DNA of 64,000 nt from Haliotis rufescens (taxonomy: Eukaryota). Positions 12,301 to 24,300 of this stretch are shown one piece after another (position 1 is the stretch's first letter; each line of letters starts with the position of its first letter). The DNA lies in the NCBI RefSeq assembly GCF_023055435.1, contig NW_025963857.1, positions 13,888,001-13,952,000 on the forward strand. Reading direction: 5' to 3'. The notes beneath the pieces were generated by a model. It saw only the letters and a list, made by a program, of their open reading frames with translations. It did not search any database and was not told the origin of the DNA. Made by a program: the position numbers and the translations under genes.

Positions 12301-15300
12301 ATTGGAGTATGTCAAATCAGAAAACGTGGCTTTCCGATGTAGAGCCCAATCCAAGTACCAGCCACATTCTGTCTCAATTATAGCCATATTATGCATCAAC
12401 TGCGGCCACATGTTCATGCTTGGTGCACATACTTTCTGTCCAAGGGTCTTCACCCCATGGAAATCAGTTATGAAAGGTATATTACAGACTAAGGTCATAT
12501 GATCAACAAGGACACACATTGCGACCACTCAATATTCAAGGAAAGACAAATCCTCAACAAGCATTTGGGTGTTTGGGGCCAATTCTGGTCAGAGTTCATA
12601 ATTTTTGGTATGCACTGAGGTCAGACATACTTCCAACCAATTACCTGTCTGAACTAAACAATACTAGAGTATTTACACAAGTGTGGATCAGCATCACAGG
12701 TTGTAATCATTGATTCAGGTGAAACACGGAAAACATCATCTCCACAATCTATCCTTTCTCCAACAGGTATTATTGTCAACATGGAAAGAAAAACTCCAAT
12801 AATAACAATCATAATATTGCCAAACATGTTAGCACCAGTCTATATGTTTAGATTGGGGACCTGAATTTTTACACGGAATCCCCATGGGGAGACTAGCATC
12901 GGTTGGCGGGGGACTATATTCTTAACAACAATCCCCACAGGGAGCCAAGCACAGGTTGGGGGTCTATATTTATACCCAGAATCCCCACTAAGGGAACAGA
13001 CAATCAGACCGTACACATTGTAAACGATTCCCAGGTTAGTCAGCTATGGGCAGTAAGAATCCTTCCTGCTCCAACATCGATTCCTATTGGAGTATGTCAA
13101 ATCGGAAAAGGTGTCTTTCCGATGTAGAGCCCAATCCAAGTACCAGCCACATTCTGTCTCAACAAGTATTTGTCACAGAGTGACGAAATATCCCCCGCCT
13201 GTACACCATACTACCAAATATGAAGACAATCCAGCGATTAGTTCTTGAGATATTGTGGCAAAACCGTTTTCCAACTCCAAAAACAGATTTGCCTGCTGTG
13301 ACCTTGAAAATGGGGTCAAGGTCACCAAATCTGACAGGTGTATGCGGTGTCTGTATATACACTATAGTTCCAAATATGAAGACAATCCAGCGATTAGTTC
13401 TTGAGATATCGCGGCAACACCGTTTTCTAACTCCAAAAGCAGATTTGCCTGCTGTGACCTTGACAATGGGGTCAAGGTCACCAAAACCGACTGGTGTCTG
13501 CGGTGTCTGTATATACACCATAGTTCCAAATATGAAGACAATCCAGTGTTTAGTTCTTGAGATATCGCGGCAACACCGTTTTCCAACTCTAAAAGCAGAT
13601 TTGTCTGCTGTGACCTTGAAAATGGGATCAAGGTCACCAAAACCGACTGGTGTCTGCGGAGTCTGTATATACACCATAGTTCCAAATATGAAGACAATCC
13701 AGTGTTTAGTTCTTGAGATATCGCGGCAACACCGTTTTCCAACTCCAAAAGCAGATATGCCTGCTGTGACCTTGAAAATGGGGTCAAGGTCACCAAAACC
13801 GACTGGTGTCTGCGGAGTCTGTATATACACCATAGTTCCAAATATGAAGACAATCCAGTGTTTAGTTCTTGAGATATCGCGGCAACAAACAGGTGGGACG
13901 TACGGACGGACGTACGGACGGTCGTGAATACTATATCCCCCGCTTCGCGCTTTCGCGCGGCGGGGGATAATTATAGCCATATCATGCATCAACTGAGGCC
14001 ACATGTTCATGCTTGGTGCACATACTTTCTGTCCCAGGGTCTTCACCCCATGGAAATCAGTTATGAAAGGTATATTACAGACTAAGGTCATATGATCAAC
14101 AAGGACACACATTGCGACCACTGAATATTCAAGGAAAGACAAATCCTCAACAAGCATTTGGGTGTTTGGGGCCAATTCTGGTCAGTGTTCATAATTTTTG
14201 TATGCACTGAGGTCAGACATACTTCCAACCAATTACCTGTCTGAACTAAACAATACTAGAGTATTTACACAAGTGTGGATCAGCATCACAGGTTGTAATC
14301 ATTGATTCAGGTGAAACACGGAAAACATCATCTCCACAATCTATCCTTTCTCGAACAGGTTTTATTGTCAACATGGAAAGCAAAACTCCAATACTTACAA
14401 TAGTGATATTGCCGAACTTGTCAGCACCAGTGACAGTGTCGTAGTCCAATTGGTATGAACATGTTATCCATCTTGGGTTGGTATCATCAGCAAAGACGAT
14501 GAGCTGGTTCTCCTGGCGCTTGTAGCGGAGGAAATGGAAGCTCTCCTGTACGTCGGCAACCATCACGCGGTTCCCCATTGTGTGGATGCTCACTACTGTA
14601 TTGGGGATATGCTGAGGACAGACAGTATGTTTGTGTACTACTTGTGGCCAGCCTTATAACTCCTGGATCACGTCACAAGGTCCAGGTGTAAAACATGTAC
14701 TTGATGAATTAATCTTCAGTTGTGATATCCTGTCAATGTCTTATGGAGCTAAATTTAGGTGAGCTGAAATTGGGATTAACGTAGCGTTCAAGATTATTGC
14801 ACTTACATAGCAACGTGCATGCACGTTTGTGTGTGTGGCTGCTTGTACTAGTCCGGACAGATGCCGATTTCTAGTGCTAGCACACTGAGATACCATGCCG
14901 CAGTTTAACGTGAATACCCCACTCAGACACAGTATACTGACTCCGAGCCGACCAGTCCTTGTTTTACACCCTTAATACCGAGCGCCAGACAGGGTTACAA
15001 CAAGTACAATCTTTTAACGTCTTTTGGTATGGCGTGGCCGGGGATTGAACCCCGGACCTTCCGCTCTCCGAGCGGACGCTCTACCACTAGGCCACGGAGA
15101 CGGACGCTCTACCACTAGACCACGGTGGCTGACGCTCTACCACTAGACCACGGAGGCAGACAGAGCTAAATTTAGGTCTCATTACAAAACTATGAAAGTG
15201 TTAACAGATAACCAAAGACATTCCTAATCTAGTCTGGCAACAAATGTTACTATTAACAAATAAGAGTAAAGTTATTCCTTCACGTGTATTTGACAACCTA

Positions 15301-18300
15301 GTGTATGTAGCGAACAACATTGGGAACAAATTTATTTGCAGACTCAGCTCCATGATGTTGTTGCTAGCCCACAGGGAGGAAGTGAGGTTCTTCCTCTTGC
15401 CTATGAGCAAGAGGTCGGGGTGGCAAGATACTACTACTTGCACAACTGATATGGATAGCTGAAAATGTCATAGTTAGATGACAGCCAAAATGCAAGATTT
15501 ATGGCGATGATGTAACAGAGGTAGGGTTTTGCAAGAAATTTTTCTATTAACAGAGTTAACTTATTTTTGCAACTAAGTTTCTTGGTACTGAGAGCCATAA
15601 TTATGTCAAACAGCTTACAGTTATACAAGATTCAAATACGATCAGACCAACTGTGCTTCGCGTTGCACCATCTAGATGCGTTCCTCACCTTGTTTTCACA
15701 TTTCCTCAGCAGTTTCTTCTTTCCCAGATCATAGACTCGGAGATTCTTTCCAAGGCCTATCAATACCCTCCCCTGGAAGCTTGCAATGGCAGTAGGCACT
15801 TCGTCCATGGCCGTCTTGTGAAGCAGTTCCAGCTTCGTGCCCTGGTTCACCAGCAGGTAGGTGTACACAAACCCTCCACTCAGGGAGCGTGGGTTTAACA
15901 CAAGGTCTCTGGACACACCCACTAACACAAACTGGTCGTCTCCTTTGTTGGCAAACTTCACCAGGGCAATACTGACAAGATAAAATAGAGCAGGCTTGGA
16001 TGTCACACATCTCTATACAGAGTACTATTAGAGTGAGTGATTGGGGTTTAATGTCAGCTTGATGTGGGAGGATAGCCCGACGTGAAGCACTTTACAAAGA
16101 TTTACCACTTTGGTGTAACCTATGAGTATGGGTATAGTGCTGACAAACTTAGAAACATAATTGGGGCAAACCCAATCGAACGACCATAGGTTTTTGGTAT
16201 GCCCAAGGGACGCAACTCTGTACAGGGAATTAATGCTGTGCCTCAGATGCCTAGGCCACCTGGGCCCACATGTATTATCAGAACAAAGTGGAGAAAAAAA
16301 AGAAGCAAATAATTCTCAGAATTGTGTGTATCAATGGATGCGATAGTGCGGATCAGCAAAGCAAAGGACACAATCACTTAGATCAGGTGAGTGAGCGAGT
16401 GAGTTGGGTTTAACCCTACTTTTAACAGTATTCCAGTCATATCGCGGCGTGTCAGCTTAATGTGGGAGGAAGGCCCGAAGTGATGCAGGTCTAAGACGTT
16501 TACCACTTCGGTGAAACCCACGAGCACGGGTATGGTGCTGACAAACCTAGAAACATAATCGGGGGGAACCGGGATTCGAAACCACAATCATAGGTTTCTG
16601 GCGTGCCCACGGGACGCAACTCTGCACAGCGAATCACGGCGCCTTAGACGACTGGGCCACCCGTGCCCCCTAGATCAGGTGAGGCAAGAATACATCACTT
16701 CACTCATTACTGACTCAAAACTTGAAAAGGGATATGAGAATTATTCCCTGACACAAACTGATCACGTATATGTACAACTATAAAACAACTCAATCGTCAC
16801 ATCAAATGTGCAAGTGCGAAATCTAATCCTGCTCCTTGAGAGCTTGTATCATTGTCCAAGGCTTACCTGTGTGCTGCCTCGTTCTGCTCCAGTGAAACCT
16901 TGTCGAATGTCTCCCCCTTGATGGGGTTCATGACACGGATGACCGACGCCCACATCCCCATCCCTGACTTGGGGGCTCCAAATACAGTCTCAGGCTTCTC
17001 CTCATTGAGGAAAGCTGCTGCCATTTCAGCTGCTATTTCCTGTTCCTCTTCACGAGCTGCTTCTATCATTTCCTACAGTGACAAAGGATACTTTATTGCC
17101 TGGAAAGAAACCTATTACTGAATGTACCAAACTAACTGTGACTAGCATAATGTAAAGATTGACACTACTTTCAATAGACTCCATCACGTTGGAAGCACAA
17201 GGTCCACATTAGTGTCTTACACTGCATCCGTCCCATGAGGAGCCGGGTTAGAACTGATCTCCAGCAAACCATGCTTGTTGTAAGGGCCGACTAATGAGAT
17301 CAGGTGGTCAGGATCGCTGACTTAATTGATGCATGTCATCGTATCCCAATCGATGCTCATGATGTCAATCACTTGATTGTCTGGTCCAGACTCAATTATT
17401 TACAGACCGCCTTCATATAGCTGGAATAATGCTGAGGGCAGCGTTAAACAACAAACAAACAAACAAACAATGAGCAAATGTTCAGCTACAAGAACTGATG
17501 CTTAGTCAAGTAAACAAGTGCTTGACTGCATGTTTGTTGCACGCATCAATATTCAAGCCATACGACAGTGATCTGTAAATATCGAGTCTGTCCCCAGTGA
17601 TTGAAAATCACAAGCATCAATCAATGTAATGGGGACACAATGACATGCAAGTCTGACCAGTCAGTTCTGTTTGTCACTTCATAATATTAGTCAAAAGAAG
17701 TTAAGACCACCTGATTCTTTCATATTACTCTAGTTAATCTGTCATGACATGACAAAAAATGAACAGACATAACAAATGCAAAGGTCATTCATCTAACCGA
17801 TCTGTATTTAAGTTTGACCATATCCCCCCTTGAGCCCTGAACACAGTCCACAAGAGCCTCTCACCTCGGCCATCTGCTGCTTTCGATGTTTCTTGGTGTC
17901 CTCTGTGTAGGCATTGTGGTCCGTCTCAATGAGGATGATGTTGTTAGACTCGGGATGGATGACAAACTTGCGTGGTGTGTACTGCAGTGGCCATGACACC
18001 TGGTTGAACACAGCACCCAGCTTCTCCAGCGCTAGAATCCTGAACACAGCATCCATATCTTACAATACGTGAGCGGTGTTGTTTAATGCTGCTTTGAACA
18101 GTACTCCAGTTATAACACATGTCTTGCTGTGGGAGGAAAGCCTGCTGCAGGCCCTCAACACTCACAACTTTGGTCAATCCCACAAGCAAGGTTATGGTAC
18201 TGACAAACCTAGAAACATTATCAGGGCGAACCGGCATGAGTAAGGTAAAGGTCAACAAGATCAGGGCGACACCAGCAAAGTCAATCATTATGTCCACTTG

Positions 18301-21300
18301 CTATTTGATTTTCATAACTCTTTGACAAGCATTTGGATACATTGTGCCCATTCTGACCCAGGTTCCCAAAGTACTGTATGTACTGAGGTCAGACATACTT
18401 CCAACCAATTACCTGTCTGAACTAAACAATACTAGAGTATTTACACAAGTGTGGATCAGCATCACAGGTTGTAATCATTGATTCAGGTGAAACACGGAAA
18501 ACATCATCTCCACAATATTTTAAGCATCCAATTCCCAACTGGCCAATTACGCAAAGTATGTCCGGATGGAGTACAACTGGAGTCTCACTCAACAATATTC
18601 CAGCAACAAACTTCAGCACAAGTAGAGAACTCTTCATCAGCAAGGCTACCCACCCCACCGCCCCACATTTCAAACTGATAAATTTTTGTGAACGGGGAAG
18701 AATGTCATGTTTAATCCAATTATGTATGAAATTTGTCATTAGGACATCTTAATCACCATTGAGTAAATGAGTTCACAAAATTATTGTAAAAAGACTGACC
18801 TCAAAGTGTTTGTTGAAATTGCCACTATACCCTCAGGGCACTGTTCTGAGGCAAATCCAGAGGCGTATTCCAGGGTTTCGTAAGACAACGGTGTCAGATG
18901 GAATCTGCTCTGGTATGTGTAGCTCAGCCACGTTCTACTGGACATTGCCAAAACCTGCAACGTCAAGTTTAGAAATGCACATTCACAAACTTCAAACTGA
19001 GAAACATGAGCTTTTACAGCTAAAGAATGCTTCCAACACTTATAGTAACTACTTACCTGTGAAAACAATGGTCTTAGTTTAAGTTATGTATACAACCAAA
19101 GGACCCGCGTTGGCATGAAATGCAGGGTTATACTCAATCTGAAGGATTTTGACAAGTGTTATTACCAAGAAAGAATTCATCTCTCAAATACACCCCAGGT
19201 TCAACTGTACAACTGATAATTAACTATGAGTGAGTGAGTGAGTGAGTGAGTGAGTGAGTGAGTGAGTGGAGTGAGTGAGTGGAGTGAGTGGAGTGAGTGG
19301 AGTGAGTGAGTTAAGTGAGTGAGTTAAGTGAGTAGTTGGTTGGTTTGTTGTTTAACGCCACACTCAGCAATATTCCAGCTATATGACGGCGGTCTGTAAA
19401 TAATCGACAATCCAGTGATTAATATCATGAGCATCAATCCACGCAATTGGGATCGATGACATGCATCAACCAAGTCAGCGAGCCTGACCACCCGATCCCG
19501 TTAGTCGCCTTTTACGACAAGCATAGTCGCCTTTTACGGCAAGCATGGGTTGCTGAAGATCTATTCTACCCCGGATCTNNNNNNNNNNNNNNNNNNNNNN
19601 NNNNNNNNNNNNNNNNNNNNNNNNNNNNNNNNNNNNNNNNNNNNNNNNNNNNNNNNNNNNNNNNNNNNNNNNNNNNNNNNNNNNNNNNNNNNNNNNNNNN
19701 NNNNNNNNCTTTAAACAGTATTCCAGTTATATCACGGCGTGTCAGCTTAATGTGGGAGGAAAGCCCGAAGTGATGCAGGTCTTAGACGTTTACCACTTCG
19801 GTGAAACCCACGAGCATGGGTATGGTGCTGACAAACCTAGAAACATAATCAGGGCGAACCGGGATTCGAACCCACAATCATAGGTTTCTGGCGTGCCCAA
19901 GGGACGCAACTCTGCACAGCGAATCGTGCCGCCTGGGCCACCCGTGCCCCCGAGTGAGTGAGTGAGTGAGTGAGTGAGTGAGTGAGTGAGTGAGTGAGTG
20001 AGTGAGTGAGTGAAGTGAGTGAGTGAGTGAGTGAGTGAGTGAGTATGGTTTTACACAGCTTTTAGCAATATTCAAGCAATATCTCATGGCGGGGGACACC
20101 AGAAATGGGCTTCACACATTGTACCCATGTCGGGAATCGAACGTGACGAGCGAACGCTTAAACCACTAGGCTACCCGACCGCCCCTTATCTATGAGAGGC
20201 ATCCAATCATGGTGACATGTCCAACTCGCTTTGGTTGGTTGGTTTGTTTGTTTGTTGTTTAACGCTGCACTCAACAATATTCCATCTATATGACAGCGGT
20301 CTGTAAATAATCAAGTCTGGACCAGACAATCCAGTGATTAATATCATGAGCATCGATCCACATAATTGGGATCGATGACATGCATAAACCAAGTCAGCGA
20401 GTCTGACAACCTGATCCCGTTAGTCGCCTTTTACAACTCGCTTTGGACTATTGTCATATAAGAACTAATTCTGCAAGTCAACCAACTTGCTTCATTAACT
20501 TGTAAACATTGACAACAATGTCCACTTACAGCCTCCGCACCCTGCATGGCGATTCGGAAGAGTTTGACAGGCCGAGACCCGAGATATCTGGTCCTGGTAT
20601 CAGACAGATCTCCAGTTACTGTGTCAAGTACAGTTCGAAGCAGGACACCATTCTGAAACACATTCAACACTGTTTTACCACACATCCATAAGGTGCTAGA
20701 ATGTTTCCTTTCTGGGACAACAAACAAGATCAAGCTTGACATCAGTTTTGTCATACACTAAAATCTTCAATTCCATGTGGCAAAACAAACATTGGAAACT
20801 CATTTTCTATTTCTAAAAATTCTATTAGACAGAAAAATGTTAAAACTTGTAATGTATTTGAAAAGATGGTAAAAAAAATATACAACTCAAACGAAGTCAA
20901 AGAATACTGGAATTTTTTTATGATTACAGACACATCATGTGATCATATGATGTGACAGATAAACTATAATCACATGAAAAAAATTGAGTGTTCTTCACTC
21001 TTTTGAGTAGCATATTCTGTTTAAGAATTGACAACATGAGTCTGTTAAACAGTTTTTATTTATGCATGACTGTACCTGTAGTCCGATGTTGAGGTACAGT
21101 CCTCCGACTGTGCCAGCTTCTCCGGTCTCCTCCTTGGCCTCGCTACCTCCCATCTCGATGATGCAGAGAGACTCTGGTGGGGCAGGCAGTGCCTGCATAC
21201 TCAGAGGAGACAGGCAGTCCTGGAATACACAACATGTCATGCAATATACAGATTAACTACAATGTGTGCTATTGAGGGAAGATAAAATAGTGGAGAACTA

Positions 21301-24300
21301 CAGTATTCACCGCAATAAGCGCCCAGGGTGCTCTCAAAATTAGAAATAAGGGTCTCTTATTAGAATACTATTTTGGTGAAAAATAGTTCAAAGATCGTAA
21401 ATTTCATGATTTATGCTGACAGCCTGAAATGTTTATATACGACAGATATATTTTTCCAGAAATTAATTGCCCATAATTAAGGGTGCATTTAACACACGAG
21501 TGTGTATTATACACGAATAAATAAGTCTTGTGTAGATTGATCAATAGGAAGGGGTGCTAATTTGGATTGTTCACTGGCCAATATATTAGCAAATATCGCC
21601 GTGGGCGCTTATTAGAGCAGGGCGCTTATTACGTCGAATACGGTATTACGGGGGAGAGGTGACATGGGGTTAACATCACTATCCAAGGTTATTGCACTTA
21701 CAGAGCGACTTGCATGCATGTGCGTGCATGGCTGCTTGTACTAGTCCAGTTTTTTAGAGCTAGCCCAGTGAGACACCATGCCACAGCTTAACCTGGATAC
21801 CCCACTCAGACACAGTATACAGATTCCGAGCCAACTAGTATCTCCCACTCATGCCACAAAATTGTTAACGTCTCTTGGGATGAGGCCAGCGATTGAACTA
21901 CAGACCTTCTGCTCTCCAGGCAGGTGCTCTACCTTCTAAACCAGAGAGGCGGAAAGAACTACCAGGATCCAGAGAGGCGGGTAGAACTATAAATTGCAAT
22001 AATTCATCCCAGAGAAGAACTATAGAGGATTTCTTTACATTTATGTATTTAATCACCTTGTTCATATCCAGGTATGATAACATGCCTTCATTTCCAAAAG
22101 TAAAACACATGGATATTAACAAATTCGCTCCATTCTAACAATTCAAATGGATCACAACATACCGAAGGGTCAAGGGAGATAATCCTGACTGTGTTGTCTG
22201 CCAAGCCAACTGCAAGGAAGCGGCATCGCTGTTCTCCTTCGGGCACCCGACCAAGAGCCATACACACCACGTCCGATGACATCTCCTTCCGCTCAGTGTA
22301 TTCATTAAGCTGACCTGTCTGTTGGACATCAATAACGAGACTGTCATCATATACATTTTGCCGCTTTCACTTACAATAGCCCTCCATCCACATATCAGCA
22401 ATTCATTATCGTAATCATTAATTCAGGTGAAACACGGAAATAATTTCTGTGGCAATAAATGTTCTTGAACGACAAATAACATATAAAGAAAGGATCCATG
22501 TGTTCATTGTTTAACTCGACACTCAGCAATATTCCAGCTATATGAGAGCGGCCTGTCCAATCCAGTGATTGATATTGTGAACGACTCTTGCTATTGGGGT
22601 ACATTGGGCCGCTGGAGACCAATTCTAACCCTGGCACCTGCACAGGGCTTTAAAGAAAGACGTAGTTATGATGACGGATCCAATACACCACGAGAAATAA
22701 CATTCCCATCACATCACCAGCAACACTGAACTTGTCAATTATTATAAGACATTGTGATTATGTAAGTTGACAGCATACCGGGTCCATCTCGAAGTACACT
22801 AGTTCGCCTCCTGTCAGAGCGATGACAACCTGTCTCTGGTTGACTGCACACTTCACAATGTTCTTCTTCCCCGGAGTTTTCCATTCGTTGACACGCTTGT
22901 CTGCGCGAATGTGACGGATACCATCAGGGTATATCTGAAAAACATGACAACATATTCCATACCATGTACTGGCTGGTTACAAAGAACATAAAACACTCAC
23001 ATTTCCCGCATGAAGCAAGACTGTATGGTAATTATTGCCCAGAACAATGCAAGATTTTGTTTGTTTGTTTATTGTCTAGCGCCGCACTCAGCAAGATTCC
23101 AGCTATATGACGGCGGTCTGTAAATAATCGAGTCTAGACCACACAATCCAGTGGTTGACATCATGAGCATCGATCCACGCAACTGGGATACGATGACATG
23201 TATCAGCCAAGTCAGCGAGCTTGACCACCTGATCCCGTTAGTTGCCTCTTACGACAAGCATGTGTTGCTGAAGACCTATTCTACCCTGGATCTTCACAGG
23301 TCAAACAATGCAAGAAGTGAAAAAAATTTTTGAAGTTGTTTGAAGTTTCAGCCACACTCCAATACATGTATAGATCTGTTATTAGTCCAATATATAGAAG
23401 ACTAATACAGAGGAAAGGGGTCTGCTGAGAACTCAGCTGAAAACTACAACCGTAAAACATCTACACAGATCAATTATCACCCGAAAAGAGCCTTTCATCA
23501 CCTCCTCCCTTCGTTAAATACGATTCCTAAAAATCATTACTTCATATTCAGTGATAAAAATAACACAACATACAGATGTGTGCTCAAACATTCCTGAACT
23601 GTGTGCAACAATAGTATTTCTAGCCAGTAATACCTGTACGAGAGCATCATCTCCAAGCTGAGAACATGATATTGTTGGTGTGGTTCCCAGAAAGCCAGAA
23701 TCTGTCACTTCCTCTACGGTCTCGCCGATGGACAGTACAAGGGTGGCGTTCACGAAAGACACGATGATGTAGGCATCATACTCATCTGCAAGTACACAAC
23801 CGAGGTCTGGCTAAAACTCAAACCTCTACTTGGTCATTCAAGACCAGATGATCATGATGCTACTTCCATTGGAATAATCTACATAACACGATCAAACAAT
23901 AGTAGTATAAAACATTACATACAATAACTCAACATAGTAATACTATTGTTGATGTCTAACCTTCAAATTCTAGAATCTTATCTGCGATACATATTTGCAA
24001 AACACATAAAAACTGAAATATAAAACACCAAAGAGACAAACACAGTAAGACTATTGGTGCTGTATTTTGTCTTGTGTGAAACAATTTGGGTACATGGGTG
24101 TCAGAATTGACATTATTTGTCTACGATAACGGTCACTGAAAACCAAGATAATGCTTGGGAGTCGCAAGTTACAAACAGTATATAGTACATTGTAATTCGT
24201 TATCCATGCAACCTTTCTCAGGCATACTTTTAGCCTTACAGACATTAACTGCCCCGACTTCCATCCCATGATAGAACAGTTTACACAATTAATATACAAC

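Larger units (their letters stand above)
11770..14432. repeat. Intronic tandem triplication (~0.8-kb unit) carrying the snoRNA and a dead copy of the exon 21 3' end
   Basis: snoRNA spacing is 837 bp, then 783 bp once the 809-bp insertion is removed; older diverged spacer at ~11310-11770. Confidence 0.9.

Noticed and set aside
12076-12528. 150-aa ORF in the duplicated spacer
   Set aside because: No recognisable motif, and the paralogous copy is interrupted by an insertion and a deletion
13159-14175. 338-aa, 235-aa and 163-aa overlapping ORFs with 52-aa repeats
   Set aside because: Artefact of a 156-bp (3 x 52) stop-poor tandem repeat inside a non-autonomous element in an intron; open on both strands
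23427-23505. Additional C/D-like sequence (GTGATGA...GTTTCAG-CTGA-like) in SF3B3 intron 12
   Set aside because: Poor terminal stem and no convincing rRNA guide; at most a very old relic
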